This document shows positions 35,854 through 64,000 of a stretch of DNA of 64,000 nucleotides, piece by piece. Both the position numbers and the translations under genes were made by a program. Below the pieces are notes generated by a model. It was not told the DNA's origin and did not search any database. It saw only the letters and a program-made list of their open reading frames with translations. The DNA comes from Phoronis australis (taxonomy: Eukaryota; Animalia; Phoronida): the NCBI GenBank assembly GCA_002633005.1, contig NMRA01000569.1:124001-188000 (forward strand), given 5' to 3'. Position 1 is the stretch's first letter, and every line of letters starts with the position of its first letter.

Positions 35854-38800
35854 ATGGAATCGACTTTGAGTGTAAGTGTTGAGTGAACATGTGTCCCATA
35901 TAATTCTGGTGTGCGTTCAGTAGACGCTAGGACCTAGCTAAAACCTTGTCAAAGTCACGTGTTCTTATTTAAAATGCACGGCAATATCTTGCGTAATCTT
36001 GCGAAGTCTTGCTTTTTAGCGAGGTCCTAGCGTTACTGAACGGGTCGAGAGGCAGGTCACAAGTCATGAAAGACTTGTGCCTTACACTGATTACCATCAG
36101 TCTTGTTGCAATAAGTTGTCCCTGATCTCCTGTAAAAGGTTGGGGTAAGATTACTTGTTGCAAATGTTTTGGGAGAGGGGCAATTCAATTGTTGCTACTC
36201 AGCTTTGATGTGGGCACGATATACAGCAACACATTTTAATTAAAGGGTCCAGTTGCTGTCCCCTCCCTTCTGGGAAGTGAACCTTTCCAATAGGAAAGGC
36301 CCAGTAGTATGTAATATTAAGAATTTATAATTTAAAAATGGCCAATAGGTAAATTGATCACACCATTTCATTGTCCCCAGTGCAAGGGCGAGGTAAAAGT
36401 AATTGTTGTACCAGATGTGCTCAGGTGGGCCCATTGCACTAGTCATCTGATCGAGATGATGAAAGGATTTATGTTTTAACAGTACTTGAAAAGAGAGACA
36501 TTTTATGCTGTATTGAGTACCACTCATTACGAAAGAATGTCAAATTTTCTAGAACAGAAGAAGAGCAACAAGTGATGACATTGTCAGGGCCCCTCCATCA
36601 AGGAACTCCTTAAAATTAATGAGTATAGATTGTAGTTCTACTTCTATTGAGGTCTGGTACCTGTACATTTTTTACTAATAAGCACATAAATTATTTCTTT
36701 AACATCATTTATATTTCTGCTGGAAATCCTTCCAATGAGACGCTGCTTCTAAGGTTCAGATGCAGAGGGAAAATTATTGTCTAAACGCGTTTATGAATTG
36801 AAAATTTGAGCAATCTTCATTTCAAATTTTGTATGGTAAAATGTTCTTTTTCAAGTGCACGTAGATGATACATGCTGCAAAAAATTAGAGAACTGAGAAA
36901 TACCCCAGGGCCTCAATACCTAAATTCAACACTGGATTACGGCCTATAAAATTGGTCCATGCTTACCGGTATGTTGAGCTGCTTTGAGACCAAGCATCTT
37001 CTCCTGACATTATTACTAGTTTGTGTGAGGATATGAAGACTTTTATGAACTATTGTCATTACATTGTCAATGTCATGGTTACCTGTCACTTGTGAGAAGT
37101 CGACCTTGTGGACCACCTGTTGTACTCACACAGTAGCTGGGTTGGTGCTAATGAACTCCACTACATCAGCTGTCATCATCTTAAGTTGACGTGATGATTG
37201 CTCAAATACCAATACAATCTAGAAACATCAAGTGAACAGCTTGAAAAATGTGTGTCCAAGATAATATCATGGGATATAACAAATGCTGGATACCTACCTG
37301 AGGTGGCCAACATCACATTTACTCCTAATTATCCTCCCAAGTTGGTGCCTAAGATGGCAAATATGCATTGAAGTTGATGTCCGTTCCAAGCCTTTGTAAC
37401 AAAGAACTATCAGACACAAATTTGATGTATGTTACTGTCATTGAACTTAAGGCTTAGAAAGGTGGTGGTGGTAAAATCTGGTTAAAGTGTGTTACAGTTT
37501 TCAGAACTGTTCTGTTATCATGCTGAATTACTGTGTATCATGGAACCAACTTGTTTATTTCCATGAGGGCTGTTAAAATAGACCCATCCCGATGCAGCAC
37601 AACACCACTCTCAACTAAAGCAGTTCCCACAATATAACACATGTCAAGCACTTGTCCTGCTTCTTTACACTCAAACACACTATCTTGTATCTTACTGTTT
37701 GTTATGCAGTTCATTATTCCAATAACGGAAACTTGTATTATTGCATTTCGAATTGCAATGCCGACACCAAATAATTGGCAAAAAGGCAAATATCAGTGTT
37801 TGATGCTCAATGGGTTGGCCTGACATTCTGACATTTTAAAAATTGGGTCAGTCACGAAATGCCTTTTTCTACCTCCACAAAAGATGAGAGTTCAATATAT
37901 TAAGGACGATGCTACTGACATAACACAGTGTTTAGAGAATCATCTTCATACATCATTTTAAGTTCAGAAGGTACATGTATATATAATTAACTTGCCTTCG
38001 CCCTTCTGTATTCATTTGTTCTCACGCTTCGTTTCATAGAATATTCAATTTTGAATCACTGGAACTCCTGTGAATTTCTGTCATGGAAACTTTCCTCTTT
38101 TGCAGTCACCATTGGTCAAGTCATTTCTGGCAGGTTCTTTCAGTGGGACATGCTCAACTGTGATCTTCCAGCCTCTAGACTTAGTGAAAACTCGCCTTCA
38201 GACCCCTACTATTGGGTAAGTCCTATTTGCAAGGTTTCTCTTTGATATCAGTTATTCCAAAATATATTGTTTGGTGGAACTTAACTGATTTTTTTATATT
38301 TCAGATTTTTATGAAAGTCCTTGAAATTCCTCTATTTTGTGTTTTTATATTTTCAGACTTTCATGAAATGCATACTGGTACTTGAATTTCCTGTTTTTGT
38401 ATAATTGATTTTTGATTAAAATGTTCTTTAAGATTATGAAATGTGATTATTTTTGCGAATTCAGTTGTCTATGAAGCTTCTCTTGAACTTTATCTTTGTG
38501 ACAGGGGAGTAAAGAATGGTCAAAATGGGATGTTGGTCACCCTGTATAATGTTATGCGTAATGAAAAGGTGTCTGGATTGTGGAAGGGATTGTCACCAGT
38601 AAGTACTGTGTTTCTACTCTATGCCTGCTGTATCAAAAGCGAGTTTAGTGTGACATAACTTTCTTTTTTTATTTGTCAGGTCTATCATGTTTACTTGAAA
38701 TAGTTACTTGTTAGTAACTGATATTCTTACCACTACCTAATTAAATGCTCATTCAGGATTTTCAGCGTCATGCATGTTTATTTTCAGCGTCATGCATGTT

Positions 38801-41800
38801 TATTTTCAATCTTTACTTTCATCATAGTCAATCACAAGAACAGTTCCAGGAGTTGGATTGTACTTCTCATGTCTTCACTGGTTAAAAACAAACGTTGGGT
38901 GAGTTTTCTTGTTTTCGCCTTAGTGCAACTAATCTATACATGCATACTTGCTGTGTCTGAGTTTTGGATGTCTTATCTGCCTTCAATGACTGGTGATCAA
39001 ATATACCCTAGACATTTTAACGCCAGATTGTTCCAAATAAGGTATAACTGTACTCTGCTCCTGGAAAATTTTAAGGTTTGGTTCACACTTACCAGATCCT
39101 AATAAGGCAAACTGTATCAAGCTTCAGGGTATCAGATGTATAAGCTTGCAGCCCCCTAATAAGGCAATTCTGCACTGTGGTCTTGGGTGTCACACTACCT
39201 CAGCTCATAACAAGTGTTATACTTTGAACCCTTTGACACTCACAGTGTACCCTTTTTATCTACATGAGGGAATGTTTGGGATTTCGAGATTACACTGCGT
39301 TAAATATCACCAATGTCGGATAAAAATAAGTTCCAAAAAATTTTTTGTTTTTCACGGGCTTCTACCATTATTGTGAAGGAGGCCCACAATATTTCAAAAG
39401 CATTGTCTGATGATAGCTGTAGTACAAATCTTGAACAGTCTGCTATATTGTCTCCTGACTTAGTGACGTTTTACCCTTATTTTGATTTCATGAATCCCCT
39501 TATATGAATCTCACTTGAAGCGTGTTTGTTAAAAGGTTTTGTCTGTATGATATTTGTTTCAAGATGTTGTGGTTTTAAGAGGCCTGAAACTTAAAAATAG
39601 TCCCTAAAAATGCACACTAGCTATTATTCAGCAGCTTCTTGCAGTGAAGGGTGAAATCCTTGATGTAATTGTTTCATAAGCGGTTGTGTATTTCATGTAT
39701 TTATCCAGTTCAAGATCGAATCTAAGCCATTAATGAATAAAGGATCATTTCTTGTTTCCAATTTATCTCCATAAGTTTATAATGTGAGATTATCCTGATG
39801 CTGCCTCATTCCTTCAAAGGAAGACTGAAGCAATGGGGAAACTGTATACTCTAACTTACTCTAGTGATATATCCATGTATGTGTATGTGAGTGTACAAGA
39901 GTTGGTAAAGTCTTGATATGCCCTGAGGTTGTGACCAACAACCATTATTGGCAACTTGAAAATAGACCAATGGCATTGCATGAAGCTTACTCTTTTTAGT
40001 CTAGGTAGTCTCAGTCTAACGTTCCACAGCAATTTAATTAGGACACTAATCAACAGATTCTTCACTGCCCATATATTTTGTTCACCCCAATTCGAGGGAT
40101 TTCATTTATGGCACTGCGCTCAGTTTTCTTGTGTNNNNNNNNNNNNNNNGGGTGGGTGGGTGTGTGGGTGTGTGTGTGTGGGCGTGTTACCTGCTTTTTA
40201 ATTTGCGTTGCGTGCCTCGAGAATCTTTCACACGAAAGATTTGCAAATTTGTGTTTACTTTGATGCATTTGAAGGCTCACTTTCTGTCATTTATCTATGA
40301 TGGTTGTCAAGAAGTACTCGCATCATCCAGAATGTTGCAGTAGATCCGTGCTTTCAATTTTAGTGTGTCAAAGCGACAAATGTTGTTTTCTAAGATATCA
40401 TTCACATGAAGTTATCTGTGACATCACCCGATGTTTGCAAGCAGACGACTGTCCCTCAATACATTTGAAAAATGACAGCAGAGCCCAAAATGAATTTATC
40501 CTGAATTGCTATGTGGCATATGTTGTAATTCAAGATCCCTGTTTTCAGGAGCAGCAACCCGTCATCACTAGAGTTGTTAGCCCTTGGTGCGTGTGCTCGT
40601 TCCATAGCAGGGGTTACATTGCTACCAATCACCGTTATAAAGACAAGATTTGAGGTTAATATTCTGCTGTCTATAGTGTGGAATTGATACAAATGTATAT
40701 CAAGCCATGCTCTGCCGATTCCGATGATTGAGTTCTACATCCTGTGCGTAGCATGAATAACTGATTTTTGTATCAATTCACGGGTACCAATTTTGTGATT
40801 TTTTTATGCTAACCCCGCTTTTCCTAATAATCACACAATTGCATACCAATACAACCATTTTTCTGCTAGAAACTCATCAGATCGACGACGCATGACTTGG
40901 AGTTCTTTAAGGAGTTATTGGAGAGAAGGAGAAACAATATCTACCCTAATAGAAAAATGCACGATATATTTTCTAGGTGACTGAAAAAATGCTTGTTTTC
41001 ATAGTTAAAGAAGTTGGGAGCTTAATTTTTAAGAAAATGATCAACTTGACCTTGCTTTTTCATCTGTTAATATCAGCCTATGGTAAACATTCTTCAATTT
41101 GGGACAGCACAATTTGAATTTTCTCCATTCTGGAATTTGGGACAAGGGTGATTTTGGCGTTCATCATATTTTTCAAGTTTCGGACAATGTGTTTTAAATC
41201 TGCGATGTGTCATCTTTCCGCTGATTCTTGAATTTGGACGACCAATATTGTCTATTTCTAGAATTTGGTACAAGCTCCAACGCTGTCCTTAATTGCAAAA
41301 TTTTTACCCTAATAGTGAATGGGTTTGTCATTAAAAACTTTGAAAGTATTTTTTTTTCTTGAATGTTCTTGTCTTGTTTCTTTTATGTGATCAGTTTCAA
41401 TAACATGTCGTTTTATTCTCATTGTTCTTTTTATTTATTCAGAGTGGTCGTTTCTCATATCATGGAGTGTTAGCTGCCTTGGCGAACATTTACAAGACGG
41501 AGGGCGTTAGAGGCTTATACTGTGGCTTGTCTGCCACTCTAGTACGAGATGCTCCATTTTCTGGACTCTATTTCATGTTTTATACACAGACTAAAAATTT
41601 TGTTCTGCAAGGTAAATTTGTGTGACTGATGTGTGATGCCATTGAACATAATGGGATGAAAACTAACAATAAACCGACCTTCTGTCAACAGCATTTGAAA
41701 TAACAATCCTGTTTGTGATGGACTTGATGGGTGCTCTGCACTAGTCTTGTTGGAATGAGTTTCAACTTTATGGTAATTATTTTGCACGCAATATGGCTGA

Positions 41801-44800
41801 CAAGTGACATTACTTTTGACAAATTTCTCCTCATAAATAGAGCTTAAGAAAATTTACTAGCATAACCTTTAGTGAGCAGATGTCATAGAACAATCTGGTG
41901 TTATTCTACCACTAGCATAGCCTTTAGTGTGTAGATGTCATAGAACAATCTGGTGAATGTTCCAGTATTTGCCGTAAGGTAATCAGCCTTTGAAAAATTA
42001 CAAATTTTTCCAATTATTTTTGTTTCAAATAAGTGGAGATTGCCACGATAATCCTTTCACATCTTCTGTACATGCTTTGTGCAATCTGTACTAAAAGGAA
42101 TGGTTATGTCCGAAGGATTAACCAACATACCGGTAGATATAGGGAGAGAGAGATCAGACATGCTACTATAAATATCTGTGAAAGTATGCGCTCACTTAGC
42201 ATGTGTGGAAACTCACTGTAAACAAATCAGCACGGTCATAGGTGGATGAGGAACCTTGGTATATTAAATACAAATTACTGACAAACAGGAACAAACAACA
42301 CAAAAATACGCTGAGCATTATTAGTAGGATACTTAAAGTAAGGACATAATTTAAAACAATCCTGAAAGTGATATCAGTGGAAAGAGTGCGAGACTGGAAG
42401 CATTTCGGTACCCCTTTCATCATAATCGGGTTTCAAAGCTAGAGCCCTTTAGCCTACTGTCTTGCACGGTCCATGGCACCCTGTTCTTTTATAGACATGT
42501 GTACAAAGTCACGTGATTGCCAATCTATGCTATGGTATGCGACTATGTTTTTAACAGGCGATGCAGTTGGAAAATTATGATACCCATACATTTGTGGAGT
42601 GGTCTCAAAAAGGGACCCATTTGTAGGAGGTACTTCCATGAAAAGGTCAACCTTTCATAGAGTTTTGTTCTATAAACATCACCCTTATGTGTGGGTGATT
42701 GAATATCATAAACATCATCATTATGTGGGGGTGAATGAATATGATAAACATCACCCTTATGTGGGCATGACTGAATATCATAAACCTTGTCCATGCATAC
42801 ATATCTGTGGCCAACTGTATTTAGGCCTGACGCAATCCAAGAAATTTTGAAAAATGAGTGTATCTTTTACAACCAAAGTTTTACAACCTAAATAATGTTA
42901 AAAACCTTATTTAGATATTGCACTGAGTTCAGAACAGCTAAAGTAAATCCTGTTGTAGGTGTTTGTATACAAAGGCAACCTTTTGTAGGGAAGCTGGTTA
43001 TGAAAAAGTCACCAAACCTGGGGACATGTTCCATATACTTTATTTGGTATTAGAGTACCCTCGGGGGTGATGAAATCGAAAAAAGAAATGACTTGATTCG
43101 GGCCACTTACTTAATTTTGTTCCCCATTCAGATAAAAAGGATTTCTGAGCTTGGGGCAGTTCAATATTTTTTTCGAGACCAGGCTTTGTAAGTTGGCTAA
43201 ACCTAGTGGTTATTTTATTCACCACTCGTGATCTTGAGCAATAGTGAACTGTCAGTTCTTCCGGAGCACAGAAATTGCTGCTAATCCAAGTAAGGAAAAA
43301 GTTGTGTAATGGTAGTTGGCAGTGTTTTGACTGAAGGCAGGTATCGTAGTTCGCAGTGTTCACTGGATATACTAACTTTGGAATTTCACAACTTAGTTAT
43401 TGTTTGTTACAAAAAGTAAACAGTTCTTCATCTCACTTAACAACAGGTATATCCAAACTATCACCGAGGTAACGTCGCTGTAAACAACAGTTGAAATCTT
43501 AGGTTTGAGTTTCAGTTCTCACATGTAATTTTCAGTCTCTTGGATATTGTTATTATTGATGCATGTGCAGTCTCATAAATCGTACCGTAAAATAAAGCTT
43601 GACATGTGCATACAATTTAATTTTGTACAAGCAGTTGACAATAATATCAATCTATAATTGTGGTGAAGATGTAACTCAAACAGTGTCTTTTTTTAGTTTT
43701 ATTTTAATGGATGTTAAAATCACAATTATCTCTCATTCTCGTGTTAACATGAACCTTTTCCATTTCAGATATGGTGCTGGATCGTTACAAACCGCTGATT
43801 CATTTCAGTTGTGGCATTGTGGCTGGCTGCCTGGCGTCAGTGGCCACACAACCAGCTGATGTAGTCAAGACACATATGCAATTGTTTCCTCAGGACTTCA
43901 ATAGTATCAGATGCTGTATAGGCTTTATCTATAAGGTAACATGTCTGAAGTTTCGCTAGCTTGAATGCATACTGTAAATAATATAATTAAGAATTATTAG
44001 TTTTCATACACACCATATGTTGGTGACATCATGTGACCAATTTGTAAGAACACAATTATATGCATACAGTTGATAGTTGAGGCATCTCATTAACTTTAAA
44101 ATCCGGATCACATCTTGCACATTGGACCCAGTCTTTTCTCTCCTTTACGTCTTTAGATAGGGATTTTTGTTCTCTGTTTGTTTTCATATTTTGAAGAGGT
44201 TATGAAATGCTTTAGAATTCCTTCAGAATTCTCCTGTGTTGTAATACAGTTATTGCTATCTACGATAAGTTGGGTTATAGACTGGACGAAATCAATGCAA
44301 CAAAGGTACTAGTTGGTATCGGTTTTGATGTACACAATATTTATTACTTTAAGTTGGTGTCATAAGACCATTTGTGAATGATTTCAAAAGTACTGGCGGT
44401 TGTCTACAGGGTTATTGAACATATTGTGCACACAATGTGCAGCTCCTTGTGGAGAGCAGTAAAAGCCACTGGTCTTCTTTAAGATTTGCCAAAGTGTCCT
44501 TCTTGATTAACACATTCATGTACATATAGGAACATGGTTTCTTTGGATTTTTCCGTGGGTTAGTCCCACGCACACTGAGACGCACACTCATGGCTGCAAT
44601 GGCATGGACAGTTTATGAACAGGTAAGCAAATGGGCAGTATGTTCTTTTGGTCTTCCAAGTATCAGAGAAAAAAGTGTGGACTATTTGATCTTTACTGTG
44701 ATGTTGTCTAATGTTGGTCTAGCTTGGGGTTTACTCACTGTCAAAGTACTTCATGAAAATTGTGGCTAATAGATCTGTTAATCATATTTTTGCATTGGAA

Positions 44801-44951
44801 AGTCTTTGTTTTGTGCAGATTTTTAGTTGGGTTTTTATTGTTTTGCAAGTGCCTTACTCTTGAGCTAAATCAGTTTGTATGAAACTTGACTGGTTTATTT
44901 AATAACATATATTCTTGTTTCCAGATTATGACCAAGTTTGGATTGAAGTGA
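35854..44951 (+). CDS. SLC25A38: Mitochondrial glycine transporter SLC25A38 (mitochondrial carrier family), 284 aa
   Basis: Exons 35854-35871 (MESTLS; least certain), 38106-38215, 38505-38598, 38828-38898, 40549-40654, 41443-41611, 43769-43935, 44530-44622 and 44925-44951, phase-consistent (855 nt). Three carrier motifs ([32 protein letters not shown]) plus the SLC25A38-type [13 protein letters not shown] and [15 protein letters not shown]. Confidence 0.95.
35914..36042. mobile_element. Small MITE-like inverted repeat in SLC25A38 intron 1
   Basis: CGTTCAGTAGACGCTAGGACCTAGCTAAAA pairs with TTTTAGCGAGGTCCTAGCGTTACTGAACG (about 30-bp arms). Confidence 0.6.
41080..41309. mobile_element. Degenerate MITE with ~27-bp TIRs
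   Basis: GGTAAACATTCTTCAATTTGGGACAGC matches the reverse complement of GCTGTCCTTAATTGCAAAATTTTTACC, and there are internal TTTGGGACA-like subrepeats. Confidence 0.5.
42671..42787. repeat. Tandem repeat, ~36-bp unit, about 3 copies
   Basis: ATAAACATCA(C/T)C(C/A)TTATGTG...TGAATAT repeated three times. This explains the repetitive pseudo-ORFs at 42543-42850. Confidence 0.8.
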
Positions 44952-46298
44952 TCAGTCGTGTTACTAGGATTATAATGCATCCGAAGGACAATGATAGTGG
45001 CAAGACTGCCTTACTGTTGACGGAGATGAGGCAAGCTCCCATGATGTCAGAGAAATGGAGCATAACAATGACACTACAGTTTAGTGATGAAGATTGTGTC
45101 ATGAACATGCATGTTCAGTGCGCATACTGTGCCATTTTGTAATCGCGCTAAGAAAATACTTAATAATGAACAATGGCCTGCCACAGTATGCTTACTGACA
45201 CAGATGTCCAAAGTAATACCAGAATTAACACCTTCAGGTGGTGTTTGGAGTGAGGAATTTGTGAAGGTGCATTCTGGGTATTGAAGTGGCTCAGTGATAA
45301 AGGGGGCAGCTTTTAGAAGACTATTCAAAAGAATGTCCTTCATCATGTGCTATCATTCTCATAATCATTTCAGTTGTATCTCAACAAGTCGTCTTGATTG
45401 ACATTTGATAATAATGAAGGCGACTAACCATCTTGTGCTTGGTATTTATTAGATGTGAGTTTTGCTTTTGTTTACAAACGACTCATTTCATCTTTTGTCG
45501 AAAATATGTTGACATCAATGAAGAAGTAGGACTGTATCATAACCGTAATGGAAGTTTTGTAGTAAAGTCATCGGGGTGGACGTAGCTCATTGCAGTTGTA
45601 AGCGCAGTACAGTGTACAGGACTAGTTTTGGGTCTGATTTTTGTTAAGACAGTTTTGGCCATTTTTTATGTAACGATTATGATATGTGTTGGTGTTCAAG
45701 ATGTTGCTACTTGTGAGTTATTTGTATCAAAATTTGTGGTTGGAAGGTTACTGCTGCTGTAAGTTTGAGTGTTACTGTAAGAAAAGGACCTAATACTCCT
45801 GAAAACTAAATTTTGTGAGGTCATTTTACTATTTGCATGGCGCTGAATATAAGGAGGGTGTAAAATTTATACACTAACTTGCGTGCTATAGTTTTAATCA
45901 CTGCTAATTGAAATGGAGTAAATGATCACATGTAGTGCTGGTGCAAGGTGCCACGTTAAATTGTCATTCTTGAAATTTTTGTAAACTCTGTTTTGGTGGA
46001 TTCACCTAAAGCTGGTTCTGTCACTTGCTGATGCATCACTGACACCTCTCTTGGCAACAGAAGTATTATTCAAGTCACTTTCCCGCTGTGCCATGTAATA
46101 AAGTCCATCAAGAGGTGACCTATAACTGGCTAAAGCGTTGGTCATGCTTTTCAATTTAAAGCGACATTTAACGCATTGTTTCAGTCAAAACCGTCTTTCA
46201 ATTTAGAACACTTGTCAATATGAAACTGGTCTTATCTTATACTTTACTCAGTTTTAAAATCTCAGGGCTTGGAAGATCTGACAGTTTTTGCTTCAAAT

Positions 46299-46870
46299 TT
46301 TGAGGTCACACAGTGAATATTTCAGCTCAGACCAGGCTTGATAAGTTTGAGGTCACACAGTGAATGTTTCAGCTCAGACCAGGCTTGATAAGTTTGAGGT
46401 CACACAGTGAATGTTTCAGCTCAGACCTGGCTTGATAAGTTTGAGGTCACACAGTGAATATTTCAGCTTAGACCAGGCTTGATAAGTTTGAGGTAGCACC
46501 GGCTTGATAAGTTTGAGGTCACACAGTGAATATTTCAGCTCAGACCAGGCTTGATAAGTTTGAGGTAGCACCGTGAACGTTTCAGCTCAGACCTGGCTTG
46601 ATAATTTTGAGGTCACACAGTGAATGTTTCAGCTCAGACCAGGCTTAATAAGTTTGAGGTAGCACCGTGAATGTTTCAGCTCAGACCATGCTTGATAATT
46701 TTGAGGTCACACTGAATGTTTCAGCTCAGACCAGGTTGATAAGTTTGAGGTAGCACCGTGAATGTTTCAGCTCAGACCAGGTTGATAAGTTTGAGGTAGC
46801 ACCGTGAATGTTTCAGCTCAGACCTGGCTTGATAATTTTGAAGTCATTCAGTGAATGTTTCAGCTCAGAC
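46299..46870. repeat. Minisatellite, ~47-bp unit TTTGAGGTCACACAGTGAATGTTTCAGCTCAGACCAGGCTTGATAAG, about 12 copies
   Basis: Tandem units read directly, in two variants (GAGGTCACACAG and GAGGTAGCACCG), between the SLC25A38 and DDX46 stop codons. Confidence 0.95.
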
Positions 46871-48195
46871 TCACTGAGATATGGACATGTTGGATTTGTC
46901 TGTACAAATATTGTAACCTGTTTCACTTCTGACAAGAAGGCAATAATAGTTTTGGAGGTGTAAATATGGTTGGGGAACTAGAATGTTGTTTTGGATACAG
47001 CATGGTTTACAGTCACTGTGGTTTTAATAGACTTCGTGAAGAAATTTCAAACTTTTGCCAAACTTTTCAGTATTGAAAGCGGTAACATGGCATTACTTAA
47101 TTTTTAAAGAATTTAATGTCCAAGTCGTCATTATCTGTTCATTGGTCCATACTGAATTTAGTTGCCTTTTAACTGTTCACATTCAGACTGCCATCAATCG
47201 TCATCGTTTCTTTGGTTAAGTGCTTCACACATCAGATACGGTATGATCAGAAATGAATCTTTTGATGGTTCAATACAAAACAACTACATGGCTTGGAATT
47301 TTCCTAATTTTTTGGTTTTGATTTCCTCTCATTTGATTTCCAGTTTCCTCTTTTTATCATTATTTCATGTAAAAACATTTATTTCAGTTAAATTTTACAA
47401 CACAAAAATATTCCTATCACACAAGCCTGTTTATTTGTGGAGTAATACATCATCTGGACAATTTTCCTTTTTTTTGTCATTGGTGCCATGCAACTAGGAA
47501 TGTTGGGAGTGCAGTGGCTGTTGGCAGTGCTGGTTGTGATCATTGACCTGTCTCAGTTAGCCTTCCTCGAGTTAACTGGATGACAGCATAACTCAAAACA
47601 AGTGCTGTGTGTGGCTTCATGATTTTATAAGTTAGTGTTCCAGTTAGAACAACTGGTATGCTCATCATGTTACTTGTATGCATTAGTACAGTGTACATGG
47701 TTGTGTTTAAATTTAATGGCTTATTGCAATATGTGTGTTTCATATGTCATTAAGTTATTGAACCATGCAAAAATATGTAGATGTAACGCGTGATATCTAC
47801 ACAATAAAATGCATTATTTTGAACACTGAAATTGTATGTACATGGTGTACCTTAATTTAAACAAGGGGAAAATGCCCTTAAATTAATAAATGTCAGCACA
47901 AATATTTTATAACTTTATCAATTGTCAATTATTATTATTATCATCATCAGTAAAAGAACACGTCGGCACTATTTACAATCCTACAGATCATTCAAAATAT
48001 GCTAAAATGAGTTGCTGGCTAAGACGTGTAAAATGTCTGACATAATCCTGAGGCATCGGCGGATGACAGCTCCTGTCCCACTAGTTATTGATTCTGACAA
48101 ACAACTGAACATAGTTTCCAAGACTAAACTATGTCAATGTTGACCTATGACTCCAAATCAAAATGTGCTGATACAACACTAGGCCACAAAGCAGA

Positions 48196-63843
<15,648 letters not shown>

Positions 63844-64000
63844 CTGGGAAAAGAGAAAATGGTGACTATCAAAAATCTCCCTAGTTGTTAAATGAACACA
63901 AAAAGGCACCCAGAGCTTTATGAATGTATTGCTCTTATAACACATAATATCCATTGGTGTAACACAAACAGGATTTTACTTTCCTTACCAACAAGAACAT

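Noticed and set aside
39408-39460. C/D-box snoRNA candidates (TGATGA...CTGA) here and at about 20140 and 21452
   Set aside because: They are too short or lack a D box and terminal stem, and I recognise no rRNA guide. Such motifs are expected by chance.
46299-46870. Iron-responsive elements (CAGTGA loops) downstream of the haem-pathway gene SLC25A38
   Set aside because: The bases flanking CAGTGA do not form the required 5-bp upper stem with a bulged C.

Overview
This is intron-rich, AT-rich animal genomic DNA, probably from a marine invertebrate bilaterian (inference), with two N gaps. Most ORFs in the supplied track are artefacts. Splicing by hand gives four recognisable genes with consistent exon phases: GHITM/TMBIM5 (+, 7 coding exons, 342 aa), a three-Ig basigin/neuroplastin-like receptor (-, 7 exons, 361 aa), SLC25A38 (+, 9 exons, 284 aa) and the 3' 17 exons of DDX46/Prp5 (-, continues past the window end). 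The first two coding exons of an unidentified minus-strand gene lie head-to-head with GHITM. The introns are crowded with mobile DNA: a decayed Penelope element with a hammerhead-like motif, a long foldback element, hAT-like MITEs with 5- and 6-bp TSDs, Harbinger-like MITEs, L2/CR1-group 3' tails, two Helentron-type (HINE/DINE-1-like) families and several minisatellites. There is no CRISPR array or other prokaryotic system. The strongest leads are repeats that appear to carry regulatory motifs: one HINE family holds co-oriented near-perfect CTCF motifs, a second holds YY1 motifs, and a ~42-copy 25-bp array has a TFAP2 consensus palindrome in nearly every unit. All three are motif-level inferences and have not been tested.
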